DNA of 64,000 bases from an uncultured Rivularia sp. (GTDB lineage: Bacteria; Cyanobacteriota; Cyanobacteriia; Cyanobacteriales; Nostocaceae). The first letter of the stretch is position 1; each line of letters begins with the position of its first letter. The notes under the pieces were generated by a model, which saw only the letters and a program-made list of their open reading frames with translations, did not search any database and was not told where the DNA came from. The stretch spans positions 7,520,001 to 7,584,000 of the forward strand of contig OY762007.1 in assembly GCA_963665115.1 (NCBI GenBank), written 5' to 3'. The position numbers and the translations under genes were made by a program. This document shows positions 31,562-43,021 of this stretch, piece after piece.

Positions 31562-33745
31562 ATGGAAAATCAAAACTATCATGAAGAGATAGATATTCAG
31601 AAATATTTGCTGGTTTTGAAACGTCGCTGGCTGATAGCATCAATTGTTTTTACAGGTTTTGCAGCTTTTGCAGGTTTTAATTGGATTACTCAAAAACCCG
31701 CTTTTGAAGCAACAGGAAAACTGCTTTTTCGGGCAAATAATACCTCATCTCTAACGGGTGCTGGAAAAGAGATTGGTCATTTAGAGTCAATCAAGCGCGA
31801 AGCTAACCCTTTAGATACGCAAGCGATAATTTTGCAGTCCGAACCCATACTAAAGGAAGTTGTAAAGTCTCTGGATCTTAAAGGAAATAATGGTGAACCT
31901 TTAAATCCAGATTCAATATCTATTGGTACTAGCTCAATTGTAGGTACTGACGTACTAAGGGTTTCTTATACATCTGGTAATCCAGAATTAGCTATAAAAG
32001 TAGTTAATAGTGTGATGGAAGCTTATATAAAAGAAAATATTTATACCAATCGTTCTGAAGCCATAGCAGCAGGTTCCTTTATTGAAAAGCAATTACCAGC
32101 GGCAGTAACAGAATTAAGAAATGCAACAAAAGATTTACGAAATTTTAAGCAAGAAAATAAAGTTATTGAGTTAAGAGAAGAGACAGTTAAAGCAGTTCAA
32201 ATTATTCATGAAATAGATAAAGAATTAGCCGATGCTCAATCGAATTTTGCCGAGATAAGGGCGAGAGAAAATGAAGTAAGTCGTCAACTAAATTTGCCTT
32301 TAAATCAAGCTATCGATATAACTTCTTTAAGCCAGGTAAAAGGCGTACAGGAAGTATTAGACGAACTACAAAAAGTACAAACAGAATTAACAACTTTAAG
32401 AACTACACGGACTCAACTCCATCCATCTATTGTGGATCTTGAAGAAAAAGAAGCTGCTTTAAATAATTTATTGCAGAGACGAATAGTTCAGTCTTTAGGA
32501 TATAAAGCGCAGATTTCTCCAAGCAGTTTACAGATAGGAAGAGTAAAGCAAGACTTGGCTTCCGAGTTTGTTGAATTACATTCACAGCGCTTAGGTTTGG
32601 CACAAAAGATAGAATCTTTGTCTGAATTAAGGAATATGTACAAGCAGAGGACTGAAAATATTCCAAATTTAGAGAGACAGCAAAATGAGTTAGAACAAAG
32701 ATTATCAATAGCCCAGAAAAGTTACGAAAACCTTAAAGCAAGATTAGAAGAAATCAAACTAGCGGAAAATCAAACTGTTGGGAACGCTAGCATCGTAGAA
32801 AAAGCGAAAAAAGTACACCCCAGTCCCCAAGCTCAGAAAAAAAGGTTTCTGATTTCTTTTGGTAGCCTCTTTGTTGGTTCATTACTGAGTATCGGTTCAG
32901 CTTATTTCGTTGATTTGATTGATAGAAGATTAAAAACTGCTAAGGAAGCAGAGGCACTTTTTGGCTATACCTTATTGGGGCTAATCCCTAAATTCGATAA
33001 TAATAGCATTTCTGTTGTTGAGGATAAAATTACTGGTGTATCTGAAAGAGTTATTGTTGCTACTTCTCCTCGCACAGTAATTCATGAAGCATATCAAATG
33101 CTTCAAGCGAATTTGAAATTTATTAGTTTGGATAAGAAAATCCGCTCTATTGCAGTCACAAGTTCAATTACAGGTGAGGGGAAGACGGAAGTTGCGGCTA
33201 ATTTAGCAGCAGTTATGGCTCAAGTAGGAAGACGAGTGCTGCTAATTGATGCTGATATGCGAAACCCATCTCAACATCACCTTTGGGGTTTAATTAATTC
33301 TATTGGTTTGAGTAACGTCACAGTTGGAGAGAACAAACTGGAAAGTGCAGTACAAAATATGACTGAAAACTTATCTATACTCACATCTGGTGTTATGCCT
33401 CCGAATCCTTTGGCATTAGTAGATTCAGAGCGAATGACACATTTTATCGAAATGCTATCTCTTAATTATGACTGCATAATTTTTGATACTCCACCCTTAG
33501 TAGGAGCTGCTGAATCAGCAGTGTTATCCCAAATGGTGGATGGTGTTTTGCTTGTAGTCAGACCTGGTTCAGTTGATTCAGCTAGTGCGAATGCGGCGAA
33601 GTCCTTGCTAGAAAGGTCGGAGGCGAATGTTTTAGGAATTGTCGCTAATAGTGTAAATATTAAGCACGAGCCTAATAATTTCTTCTATTACAACAGTCCT
33701 CAGCCTGAATCCAGTGTGGAGAGAATCGAGAAAGCTAGGGTTTGA
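31562..33745 (+). CDS. wzc: Polysaccharide co-polymerase / BY-kinase (Wzc/GumC type)
   Basis: Two TM segments flanking a coiled coil; GEGKT Walker A, LIDADMR, IFDTPP; C-terminal tyrosines. Confidence 0.92.
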   Translation: MENQNYHEEIDIQKYLLVLKRRWLIASIVFTGFAAFAGFNWITQKPAFEATGKLLFRANNTSSLTGAGKEIGHLESIKREANPLDTQAIILQSEPILKEVVKSLDLKGNNGEPLNPDSISIGTSSIVGTDVLRVSYTSGNPELAIKVVNSVMEAYIKENIYTNRSEAIAAGSFIEKQLPAAVTELRNATKDLRNFKQENKVIELREETVKAVQIIHEIDKELADAQSNFAEIRARENEVSRQLNLPLNQAIDITSLSQVKGVQEVLDELQKVQTELTTLRTTRTQLHPSIVDLEEKEAALNNLLQRRIVQSLGYKAQISPSSLQIGRVKQDLASEFVELHSQRLGLAQKIESLSELRNMYKQRTENIPNLERQQNELEQRLSIAQKSYENLKARLEEIKLAENQTVGNASIVEKAKKVHPSPQAQKKRFLISFGSLFVGSLLSIGSAYFVDLIDRRLKTAKEAEALFGYTLLGLIPKFDNNSISVVEDKITGVSERVIVATSPRTVIHEAYQMLQANLKFISLDKKIRSIAVTSSITGEGKTEVAANLAAVMAQVGRRVLLIDADMRNPSQHHLWGLINSIGLSNVTVGENKLESAVQNMTENLSILTSGVMPPNPLALVDSERMTHFIEMLSLNYDCIIFDTPPLVGAAESAVLSQMVDGVLLVVRPGSVDSASANAAKSLLERSEANVLGIVANSVNIKHEPNNFFYYNSPQPESSVERIEKARV

Positions 33746-33941
33746 AGCTGTTTTGGTCTATCTTTTTATTAGTGTATATCGCTATTTCGCTTAATCTTTT
33801 AAATCGGAATAGTAGTGTGAGTTAAAAGCTCGCTCGTTATCTCCAGGAAGCGAGACGCTCCCACTACATTTTTATTACCGTGCAAAATGAATGTGTTGAA
33901 GTCTAGCTATCTACTCTCCATTCAAACATTTAAATTGAATC

Positions 33942-34499
33942 ATGAGTGCCCAACTGAAGCAAATAATTAATTCTAGCCAAGTAGAAACGGAGCATTTAAA
34001 TCTTTGGGAGCAGTTAAAGGAAGACTGGATTGCTCACGGACGAGATTGGACTAAGCCTGGATTTAGGGCAGTTGCAGTTCATCGCTTTGGAGTTTGGCGA
34101 ATGAAAATACAATCTAAGTTATTGCGTGCGCCTTACAGTATTTTATACAACATGATGTATCGTAAGGTGCGTAATAATTACGGGATTGAAATTCCTTATA
34201 CAGTCAAACTGGGGCGACGAGTCGTTATCGAGCATCAAAGTGGAATAGTGATTCATGGGTGCTGCACGATTGGGGATGAATCCATAATCCGTCAGGGTGT
34301 AACTTTAGGAAATCGCTATTTAGAGCGTCCAATGCAAGCTCCTAAGTTAGGTAAAAGAGTAAATGTAGGAGCAGGAGCAAAGATTTTTGGCGATGTTTCG
34401 ATTGGAGATGGAGCTTCGATAGGAGCTAATGCTGTTGTTTTATGCGATGTACCGTCAGGAAAAACCTCTGTGGGTATACCTGCTAAAGTTATCAATTAA
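33942..34499 (+). CDS. Left-handed beta-helix O-acetyltransferase (CysE/WcaB-like)
   Basis: IEHQSGIVIHG, IRQGVTLG, VGAGAKIFG and VGIPAK hexapeptide repeats. Confidence 0.88.
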   Translation: MSAQLKQIINSSQVETEHLNLWEQLKEDWIAHGRDWTKPGFRAVAVHRFGVWRMKIQSKLLRAPYSILYNMMYRKVRNNYGIEIPYTVKLGRRVVIEHQSGIVIHGCCTIGDESIIRQGVTLGNRYLERPMQAPKLGKRVNVGAGAKIFGDVSIGDGASIGANAVVLCDVPSGKTSVGIPAKVIN

Positions 34500-34569
34500 T
34501 TCTTCCCTGTAATATTATACAGGACGCTACACGATAAGATTATTTTGGGTTTCTCTAGAGATTGTCAAG

Positions 34570-35796
34570 GTGCAAATAATGTTTATGACTCAGGTTTTAT
34601 TGTTTTACTTTGATGTTTTTTTATTAGTATGTGGATTTGGATTACTAGTTCCATGTGCAGTTCTTCTTGCAGAATGCGTTGCTGCTTTAATTCCTTTTTC
34701 TGAGGAAAAGATTAGGGATGGGGAACAAGTTGAAAACACAAAAGTTGCTGTTTTGGTTCCCGCTCATAATGAGGAATTAATTATCAATTCCACGCTCAAA
34801 GACTTAAAAATTAAGTTACCAAAAGAACATGATTTGATTGTTGTTGCCGATAATTGTACTGATACTACAGCAGATATTGCTCGGCAACTTGGCGCTACAG
34901 TAATCGAGCGTAACGATGAAACTCATCTTGGCAAGGGATACGCTTTGGATTACGGTTTACGGTATATGGAGCAGCAACCACCAGATGTGGTCATATTTAT
35001 TGATGCTGACTGTTTTGTTCGAGAAGGGACTTTGGAAAAACTGACGCAGCTCGCTATTACCACCAAGCGACCCATTCAAGCTACCTATTTGATGTCGAAA
35101 CCTCCCCGTTCTACAACTAAAGATGCATTATCTGCATTTGCTTTTAAGGTTAAAAATCAGGTTCGTTTACTGGGATTAAAGCGATTTGGATTACCTTGCA
35201 CCCTTGTTGGTACTGGTATGGCTTTTCCTTGGTCTGCAATTAGTTCGGTAAACCTGGCTAACGGTGACATTGTTGAAGACATGAAGTTGGGTTTAGACCT
35301 GAATATTGCCGGACATCCACCGTTATTTTGCCCTTCTGCTGTTGTGACTGGATGTTTACCGCAACAGACACAAGCAGCCAAAACCCAAAGAACCCGATGG
35401 GAACACGGTCATCTACAAACTTTGCTTACCTACGTTCCTAGGTTAATAGGGGCATCAATAAAGCAAAGACGAATCGACTTGTTAGGAACTGCTCTCGATT
35501 TATCCGTTCCGCCTTTATCTTTATTAGTTGCTCTTTGGTTTTTGCTGATGAGTGCTTCGCTGTTAGTCGCATTTATCGGAATAGCTTATGCAGCAATATT
35601 TACAGGTATAATCGGATGGCTGCTAATGGTTGCAGTTTGTACGGCCTGGGTCAATTTTGGACGAAAAGATTTGACTTTACTGCAACTTCTGTCCATTCCT
35701 GCGTACATATTTAATAAAATACCCGTTTACTTTCGGTTTCTATTTAAGCCGGTTAAAACTTGGGTTCGCACTGAAAGAGACTCGGTTAATCCTTAG
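34570..35796 (+). CDS. Glycosyltransferase family 2 (membrane-bound, processive-like)
   Basis: VPAHNEE, ADNCTD, GKGYAL, IDAD, VED and QRTRW motifs. Confidence 0.92.
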   Translation: MQIMFMTQVLLFYFDVFLLVCGFGLLVPCAVLLAECVAALIPFSEEKIRDGEQVENTKVAVLVPAHNEELIINSTLKDLKIKLPKEHDLIVVADNCTDTTADIARQLGATVIERNDETHLGKGYALDYGLRYMEQQPPDVVIFIDADCFVREGTLEKLTQLAITTKRPIQATYLMSKPPRSTTKDALSAFAFKVKNQVRLLGLKRFGLPCTLVGTGMAFPWSAISSVNLANGDIVEDMKLGLDLNIAGHPPLFCPSAVVTGCLPQQTQAAKTQRTRWEHGHLQTLLTYVPRLIGASIKQRRIDLLGTALDLSVPPLSLLVALWFLLMSASLLVAFIGIAYAAIFTGIIGWLLMVAVCTAWVNFGRKDLTLLQLLSIPAYIFNKIPVYFRFLFKPVKTWVRTERDSVNP

Positions 35797-35837
35797 AAAT
35801 TGAGTTTACTTAAATTTAATCAAAGGATATCAGAAAA

Positions 35838-37094
35838 ATGCGAGTTTTAATTGTTGCCGAACATGCTTCTGCGAAATTTGGCGGTGAAGCATTTTTACCG
35901 CTAAACTACTTTAGATTGCTTAGAGAACGTCAAATCGATACTTGGTTGGTAGTACATCAACGTACCCAAGCCGAACTTGAATCGCTTTTTCCTCAAGATT
36001 GCGACCGCATCCAATTTATAAAAGATACATGGATACATCGGTTTTTATGGAATTTGGGAGAGTTTTTTCCTAAGAGATTGGCTTTAATTACTACTGGCTT
36101 AATCAGTCATTTGTATACCCAGGTCATTCAGCGAAATGTTGTCCGTCAAATAGTGCGGAGCAATAATATAGATGTTGTTCACGAACCTATTCCAGTATCG
36201 CCAAAATTTCCTTCTTTAATGTTTGATGTTGCGGCACCTGTTGTAATTGGTCCGATGAATGGTGATATGTCATATCCTCCGGGTTTTGCTTCTTGTCAAA
36301 ATTGGTTTGTTGATTTGATGCTCTCTGTGGGACGTAATTTGTCGGAGTTTGGTAATCGTCTGATGCCGGGAAAACTTCAGGCAAAGGTTTTGCTTGTTGC
36401 TAACGAGCGTACCAAGCAAGCTTTACCTCGGGGAAGTAAGGGCACCGTTTTAAAACTGGTAGAAAACGGCGTAGATTTGTCTGTATGGCAGCGCGATCGG
36501 GTAGCTAAATTGCCCGCAAATCAACAAGAAACTCGTTTTGTTTTTATTGGCAGATTGGTAGATTGGAAAGCTGTTGATTTACTTTTAGAAGCTTTTAGTG
36601 CAGTTACAGCTAAATCCAATGTCTATTTGGAAATTATTGGTGATGGCGATCGAAGACAGCAACTCGAAGCTTTAACCGCGCAATTAGGTTTAAGCCAACA
36701 AGTAACTTTTTCTGGCTGGCTTTCTCAGGAGGAATGTGCTGTCAAATTAGAAAATGCTGATGCGTTAGTTCTTCCAAGTCTCTTAGAATGCGGAGGAGCA
36801 GTAGTTTTAGAAGCAATGGCTGTGGGGATACCTGCGATCGCAACTAAATGGGGTGGCCCCGTAGATTATTTAAATGACAGTTGCGGCATTTTGATAGAGC
36901 CAACTTCTAGAGAAGCTTTGCTCAAAGGATTCATAGAAGCGATGCATAAACTTGCCCAAAATCCTCAACTGCGATCGCAATTAGGTGAAGCTGGAAAAGA
37001 GCGAGTGCGGCAGCATTTTGACTGGGAGCGCAAAATAGATAGCATTTTAGAAGTTTATGATTTAGCAACAAATATCAAAACGGAGAAGTCATAA
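35838..37094 (+). CDS. Glycosyltransferase family 4
   Basis: GRLVDWKAVD; PSLLECGGAVVLEAMA. Confidence 0.92.
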   Translation: MRVLIVAEHASAKFGGEAFLPLNYFRLLRERQIDTWLVVHQRTQAELESLFPQDCDRIQFIKDTWIHRFLWNLGEFFPKRLALITTGLISHLYTQVIQRNVVRQIVRSNNIDVVHEPIPVSPKFPSLMFDVAAPVVIGPMNGDMSYPPGFASCQNWFVDLMLSVGRNLSEFGNRLMPGKLQAKVLLVANERTKQALPRGSKGTVLKLVENGVDLSVWQRDRVAKLPANQQETRFVFIGRLVDWKAVDLLLEAFSAVTAKSNVYLEIIGDGDRRQQLEALTAQLGLSQQVTFSGWLSQEECAVKLENADALVLPSLLECGGAVVLEAMAVGIPAIATKWGGPVDYLNDSCGILIEPTSREALLKGFIEAMHKLAQNPQLRSQLGEAGKERVRQHFDWERKIDSILEVYDLATNIKTEKS

Positions 37095-37095
37095 A

Positions 37096-38328
37096 ATGTC
37101 CGAAAAACTTCGTATTCTTTATGCAGTGGGACCTGAAGATGTTATTGAAGCTTATAAATACTGGGTTAAGAATCAGGATGCTCCTTCCCAGGTATCGGTT
37201 CCTTATTCAAGCCAATTTTACGAAGTTTGTCAGGCATTAGATGCAAACGGTTACGTAATTGCTCAATCAAACGAGAGTGAATTTATCCGAGATGAGCGCT
37301 TTACTATTGAGCGTCGTCCAATTCCTTTAGCATCAGCTACAGGATTAATGTACCATTTTAGACAGATTTGGTGCGGACTAATTTTACTGTTCGATGCCAT
37401 ACGGTTTAAAGCAGATTTTGCGATCGTATCTAGCGGTACAACTCATTGGTTCGTCTTGTATTTGTTCTCTTTAATGGGAATAAAAATTATTCCTTCAATA
37501 CATTGCGTTCTTTGGGCGAAATATCTTCCCATACGTTTAGCTGATAAACTCAGTTTAAAGTTGAGTCGGAATCTGTTTGCTTCTAAATGCGAGGCAATGT
37601 TAGCTGTTTCTCACGATATCACCGAGCAGATTGCTCAATTAACTGATGGAGAACATCAACCTGTTTTAGAATTCTTTCCCAGTTTCCGGAGAAAAGATTT
37701 TGCGAACATTCCCGAACCATCTCAGGGCATATCGCCATTTAGAGTTTTATTTGCAGGTCGGATTGAGGAAAATAAAGGTGTATTCGATTTATTATCGATT
37801 ATGAAGCGTTTTGTCAGCGAGGGAATGGAAGATATAGTGTTTGATATTTGTGGCTCTGGTTCGGCTTTAGAATCTTTACGTTTAGAAGTGAAGCAAGCTG
37901 CTATAGAGGACAATTTTATTTGTCATGGACATTGTTCTAAAAACCATATGAGAGAAATATTTGGTCGATCTCATGTTGTAATAGTGCCTACAAGAAAAGA
38001 ATTTAGTGAAGGTTTTAATAGAGTTGTTTGTGAAAGTATTTTGTCAGGTCGTCCGGTTGTGACTTCTTCAGTTTGTCCTGCTTTATCTTACGTACAAGAT
38101 GCTGTAATCGAGGTTCCACCGGATGATATAAAAGCTTATGGTGATGCATTGCTGAAATTATACAGCAATAAACTATTTTACGAACAAAAGAAGCAAGGTT
38201 GCTCGCTGCTTCAAGAACAATTTTATGACACTAGCAAAAGTTGGGGAACTGCTTTAAAATCTATTGTTCTATCGGGGAATAAAAAACGGATTCAATCAAC
38301 TAGTAATGAAGTAGTCGGTAATTTTTAA
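37096..38328 (+). CDS. Glycosyltransferase family 4
   Basis: AGRIEENKG; EGFNRVVCESILSGRPV. Confidence 0.88.
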   Translation: MSEKLRILYAVGPEDVIEAYKYWVKNQDAPSQVSVPYSSQFYEVCQALDANGYVIAQSNESEFIRDERFTIERRPIPLASATGLMYHFRQIWCGLILLFDAIRFKADFAIVSSGTTHWFVLYLFSLMGIKIIPSIHCVLWAKYLPIRLADKLSLKLSRNLFASKCEAMLAVSHDITEQIAQLTDGEHQPVLEFFPSFRRKDFANIPEPSQGISPFRVLFAGRIEENKGVFDLLSIMKRFVSEGMEDIVFDICGSGSALESLRLEVKQAAIEDNFICHGHCSKNHMREIFGRSHVVIVPTRKEFSEGFNRVVCESILSGRPVVTSSVCPALSYVQDAVIEVPPDDIKAYGDALLKLYSNKLFYEQKKQGCSLLQEQFYDTSKSWGTALKSIVLSGNKKRIQSTSNEVVGNF

Positions 38329-38456
38329 CATTAATGATAAAACCATTAAGGATGTAAAAAAAAAGTCATTAAAACAATATCGAATACTTTCCACAAATAA
38401 ATATTAAGTATAGCTATAAAAATAAATTCTGAGAAAACAGTTAATAAATCACTACC

Positions 38457-39755
38457 GTGAAAATAAAACATTTAGAAACTGCTGAAAAAATATTTGCCAT
38501 TATCGGGTTAACTTTTTATTCTGGAGGCTTTCTAGCTGGTGCTTCGATAAATTCACCAGGGTTAATTCCACCATCAATAGTATCAATGATAAGGTATTTT
38601 GTTTGGTTTACCGCTATTGTGTTAATTTGCGCTAGTTATAAAAGAGCTTTGTACGTACTTAGTAGAGACATCTTTGTTTTCATCTTTATATTAATAGTTT
38701 ATTCATCATCTATATGGTCTGTGAATCCTGGATTTACCGAAAGATTCATGCCAGAAGTTTTACAAATGACTACATTTGGTATATATCTGGCAACACGATT
38801 TAGCTTAAAACAACAGCTAAGATTTGTCGCTTGGACTTTTGCTATTGGAGCGATTGCAAGTATTTTAGTTGTCTGGCGTTTGCCTGCTGCTGGCTTACAC
38901 TGGAATGACCATCCAGGTTCATGGAAAGGAATTTATGATTATAAAAATACTTTTGGTAGCCTAATGGTTCTAAACTCAATAGCTTTTTTACTAATACCTA
39001 TTGATAAGGCTAAACATAGAATATACAAATGGGGTTTTTTTGCGATATCTCTGCTGATGATATATTTTTCAACTTCAAAAACTTCATTAGTTGTTTCCTT
39101 TCTAACTATCGTAATTGTTTTGTTTTATCAGAAATTTAGATGGAAAGGAAAAATTAGCGTATTTTATGTCGATGCTTTATTGCTTTTTGTTGGTTCGGCT
39201 GCCACGATAGTAATTGGTTTATGGGTGGAGATATTAGGTGCTATGGGAAAAGATGCTACTTTAACAGGACGAACACCCATGTGGAATGTAGCATTTACAG
39301 AACTTATGCACAGACCGTGGTTAGGTTTTGGAAGAGGAGCATTTTGGGCAGAAAAAAGCAAATATGCAATAGATGCAGGTTATGCAGTTTCTCAAGGTTT
39401 TATTCCACCTCATGCTCATAATGGGTTCGTTGATATAATGCTTGATGTTGGTTTTGTTGGCTTTGCATTATTTCTAATTAGTTTTGTCATAGCCTACTTG
39501 AGGTCGTTGAAATTGGCTTACGCATCTGATAATGCAGAGGATATTTGGCCTTTAGCTTTTCTGTTATTTTTAACATTAAATAATATGATGGAAAGTTATT
39601 TGCTACGTCTTGCTAACGTATATTGGGTTTTGTACGTAGCTACTGCTTTGTCCGTTAAGGTTAGAAAAACAGTCAGCGTTAAGGGACAACATAAAGAAAC
39701 GCCAAAATTAACTAGATTTTCCCGTCGCCATTCTCAAAATGCATTCTTAAGGTGA
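38457..39755 (+). CDS. O-antigen ligase / Wzy-like polymerase (ExoQ-like)
   Basis: Multi-TM; WKGIYDYKN, SKTS, TLTGRT..W, RPWLGFG and HAHNG motifs. Confidence 0.88.
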   Translation: MKIKHLETAEKIFAIIGLTFYSGGFLAGASINSPGLIPPSIVSMIRYFVWFTAIVLICASYKRALYVLSRDIFVFIFILIVYSSSIWSVNPGFTERFMPEVLQMTTFGIYLATRFSLKQQLRFVAWTFAIGAIASILVVWRLPAAGLHWNDHPGSWKGIYDYKNTFGSLMVLNSIAFLLIPIDKAKHRIYKWGFFAISLLMIYFSTSKTSLVVSFLTIVIVLFYQKFRWKGKISVFYVDALLLFVGSAATIVIGLWVEILGAMGKDATLTGRTPMWNVAFTELMHRPWLGFGRGAFWAEKSKYAIDAGYAVSQGFIPPHAHNGFVDIMLDVGFVGFALFLISFVIAYLRSLKLAYASDNAEDIWPLAFLLFLTLNNMMESYLLRLANVYWVLYVATALSVKVRKTVSVKGQHKETPKLTRFSRRHSQNAFLR

Positions 39756-39928
39756 TGGGAAAGGCTGCGAATGACATGATTCCTAACGCCACGAAACAGA
39801 TATAAAGCTATTAGAACACGGGATTACCAATTGTCTGACAAAAACTAACTATGGGTAAGTTTTTAGAAGAGATGGTAATTCGGACGAGATGTTAACAAAA
39901 AATTTAAGTTTATCAGGGGATAGCTAAC

Positions 39929-40579
39929 ATGCACGTAGCTTATGCAAAAGTTTCGGAATGGGCAAAACATAATTCCTTTGGTAAAGCTTGGCGATTAGAG
40001 CGGATGAAACAATTTCTTGTTTTGGTAAAGCCACCATCGAATGCGAAAATTATTGACTTGGGAGGACATCTGCCGATGTGGCAATGGTTCGATCATGATT
40101 TTGAAGTAACGTTAGTTAATTTAGCCGGTTCTTATAAAAATACTGGAAAGTTTGGAAAATATATTTTAGTTGAAGGAGATGCGACTAATTTATCCGATAG
40201 CTTCGCGGATAAATCTTTTGATATAGTATTCAGTAATTCGGTCATCGAACACGTAGGTGATGAGTCAAAGCAGGCTGACTTTGCATCAGAAGTGATTCGT
40301 CTAGCTAAAGGTTATTGGGTACAGACACCAAGTAATTACTGGCCTATTGAGCCGCATAGTGGTGTAATCGGTTATTGGTTATTACCGGAATTTATCCGAC
40401 AAAATTTACACAAGTCATGGGAAAAGGAATTACCAGTTTGGACGGAGATGGTTAGAGGTACGAGAGTGCTTTCTAAAAATCGGATGCGCGAACTTTTCTC
40501 TGACAGTAAGTTTTATGTAGAGCGAAAGGCTTTACTAGAAAAGTCCTATGCTGCTTACAAACCTTTTCAAGCTGATTAG
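39929..40579 (+). CDS. Class I SAM-dependent methyltransferase
   Basis: IIDLGG, GDAT, FDIVFSNSVIEHVG and QTPSNYWPIEPH motifs. Confidence 0.88.
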   Translation: MHVAYAKVSEWAKHNSFGKAWRLERMKQFLVLVKPPSNAKIIDLGGHLPMWQWFDHDFEVTLVNLAGSYKNTGKFGKYILVEGDATNLSDSFADKSFDIVFSNSVIEHVGDESKQADFASEVIRLAKGYWVQTPSNYWPIEPHSGVIGYWLLPEFIRQNLHKSWEKELPVWTEMVRGTRVLSKNRMRELFSDSKFYVERKALLEKSYAAYKPFQAD

Positions 40580-40674
40580 TTTTTTGGAATAATACAGGTA
40601 TAATCCCTGTCCAATAATTGAAAGATTTTTTTGATTTTCTATTTTGATTAAAAATGGATTGCGGGAGGAGATGA

Positions 40675-41676
40675 GTGACTTCAATTGGAGTAGTTGTAAT
40701 TGGAAGAAATGAAGGAAACCGTCTTGAATCGTGTTTATCATCAGTTATTGGCGAAGGAAGAACGGTTATTTACGTTGATTCTGGTTCTAGCGATGGAAGC
40801 GTAGAATTAGCTCTTAGCTTGGGTGTTAGCGTTGTTGAATTAGATTTATCAATTCCTTTTACTGCTGCACGCGCGAGAAATGCGGGTTTTGAATATCTAT
40901 TACAAATAGAACATAAAGTTGATTTCGTTCAATTTGTTGATGGAGACTGTTTAGTAGTAAACGGATGGTTTGAACAAGCAATTAAAACATTGAATGCTAA
41001 ACCCGAGGTTGTTGTTGTTTGCGGTCGAAGGCGTGAAGAATTCCCTACAAACTCTGTTTATAATCGCTTATGCGATATTGAATGGGATACTCCTGTAGGG
41101 GAAACAAAAGCCTGCGGTGGTGATGCGATGATGCGCGTCAGAGCTTTGAAGCAGGTTGAAGGTTTTAATCCGACTTTAATTGCTGGAGAAGAACCAGAAC
41201 TATGCGTGCGCTTGCGTCAAGCTGGCGGTCAAATTATGCGTATAGATGCCGAAATGACTTTACATGATGCTCAAATTATGCATTTTGGGCAGTGGTGGAA
41301 GCGTTCCGTTCGCAACGGACACGCTTATGCTGAAGGTGCTTGGCTGCACGGGCGATCGCCAGAAAAACATTGGGCTAAAGAAAGTCGTAGAATTTGGGTT
41401 TGGGGTTTAGTATTACCGTTTTTGGCGGTTGCTAGCGCTTGGCTGACTAAAGGAATAAGCATCGTTTTACTTTTAGGGGCTTATGCTCTATTAGCTTCTC
41501 GCGTCTATAAATATGCGAAAACAAAAGGAATTACTTCCTCTGATGCATTGCTTTACGGTCTGTTTTGTGTAGTAGATAAATTTCCTGGATTTATAGGTCA
41601 GATTCAGTTTCATTTATCCCGCTTATTAAGAAGGAAACGCACTATTGTTGAATATAAAGGTGCAGTTATTAGTTAA
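40675..41676 (+). CDS. Glycosyltransferase family 2
   Basis: VVVIGRNEG, YVDSGSSDGS, AARARNAG, FVDGD and AGEEPE motifs. Confidence 0.92.
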   Translation: MTSIGVVVIGRNEGNRLESCLSSVIGEGRTVIYVDSGSSDGSVELALSLGVSVVELDLSIPFTAARARNAGFEYLLQIEHKVDFVQFVDGDCLVVNGWFEQAIKTLNAKPEVVVVCGRRREEFPTNSVYNRLCDIEWDTPVGETKACGGDAMMRVRALKQVEGFNPTLIAGEEPELCVRLRQAGGQIMRIDAEMTLHDAQIMHFGQWWKRSVRNGHAYAEGAWLHGRSPEKHWAKESRRIWVWGLVLPFLAVASAWLTKGISIVLLLGAYALLASRVYKYAKTKGITSSDALLYGLFCVVDKFPGFIGQIQFHLSRLLRRKRTIVEYKGAVIS

Positions 41677-41766
41677 TAATAGTTGGGAATGAGGTATTAG
41701 GCATAGGAAGTCGCGGGGTTAGGAGTTGATATTGAATAAGAATCAGTAAGAGAACAAGAAAAGTCT

Positions 41767-43011
41767 ATGCTGCTAAAAAATATGTTTAAGATTTCTAATT
41801 TAGTTAGAAAGTCCGATTTATTGTCTTTTGAAGGCTCAACATCTTCGGCTAACCGAAATGGCAAGAAAAATAATTTATCCTACAAATCTATTGCTATTGT
41901 TGGTTGCGGTTTTGTAGCTGACTATTACCTAAAAACTCTCTCAATGCATCCGCAATTAAAGCTTGTGGGAGTAATGGATAAAATTGGCGATCGCGCTACT
42001 AAGTTTGCCCAATACCATAATGTTTCCCATGTTTACAATTCTCTCGACGATGTACTTGAGGATAATACGGTCGATATAGTCTTAAATTTAACTAACCCTC
42101 GCAGTCATTACGAAGTTTCTAAAGCTTGTTTGGAAGCAGGTAAACACGTTTATTCTGAAAAACCTTTCGCGATGGAAATGACTCAAGCTTCCGAGCTTGT
42201 AGATATTGCTAGAGCAAAAGGTTTATATCTCTCTTCTGCACCATGCAGCTTGTTAAGCGAAACTGCACAAACCGTATGGAAAGCATTGCGAGAAGATAAA
42301 GTGGGAAAAGTTCGGTTAGTCTATGCCGAAATGGATGATGGATTAGTCCATCAAATGCCCTATGAAAAGTGGTTGAGTGAATCCGGTACACCTTGGCCTT
42401 ATAAAGATGAATTTGAAGTCGGCTGTACGTTGGAACACGCAGGCTATTATGTAAACTGGCTTACTGCGTTCTTCGGTCCCGCCGAGACTGTTTCTGCCTT
42501 CTCATCCTGTGTAGTTCCAGATAAACATACTGATATAGCCTTAGATGTCGATGCTCCAGACTTCTCAGTAGCCTGTATTAAATTTGCTTCTGGAGTAGTT
42601 GCCAGATTAACCTGTAGTATCGTTGCTCCCCACGACCATTCTTTAAAAATTATTGGCGATGACGGTATACTTGGCATTGAGGATTGCTGGTATTATGGAA
42701 CACCCGTTTATATTCGCCGCAGTCTAACTATAGGACGAAAAAGACTCGAAGGTATTTGGAAGAAAAATTATCCTTTAGTCAAGAAAGCACCTAAATTTCC
42801 ATATAGAGGCGCACAACAAATGGATTTCTGTCGGGGTGTTGCAGAAATGGCTGATGCAATCATAGAAAACCGCCCTTGTAGACTCTCACCTGAATTTTCT
42901 CTACATAATAACGAACTTGTATTAGCAATCCAAAACTCTTTAGAAACGTCTTCCCCCTATAGGATGAAAACTTCTTTTGAACCTATGGAGCCTATGGATT
43001 GGGCGAAGTAG
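41767..43011 (+). CDS. Gfo/Idh/MocA oxidoreductase
   Basis: IAIVGCGFVA Rossmann motif; AGKHVYSEKP. Confidence 0.9.
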   Translation: MLLKNMFKISNLVRKSDLLSFEGSTSSANRNGKKNNLSYKSIAIVGCGFVADYYLKTLSMHPQLKLVGVMDKIGDRATKFAQYHNVSHVYNSLDDVLEDNTVDIVLNLTNPRSHYEVSKACLEAGKHVYSEKPFAMEMTQASELVDIARAKGLYLSSAPCSLLSETAQTVWKALREDKVGKVRLVYAEMDDGLVHQMPYEKWLSESGTPWPYKDEFEVGCTLEHAGYYVNWLTAFFGPAETVSAFSSCVVPDKHTDIALDVDAPDFSVACIKFASGVVARLTCSIVAPHDHSLKIIGDDGILGIEDCWYYGTPVYIRRSLTIGRKRLEGIWKKNYPLVKKAPKFPYRGAQQMDFCRGVAEMADAIIENRPCRLSPEFSLHNNELVLAIQNSLETSSPYRMKTSFEPMEPMDWAK

Positions 43012-43021
43012 AGGACAATTA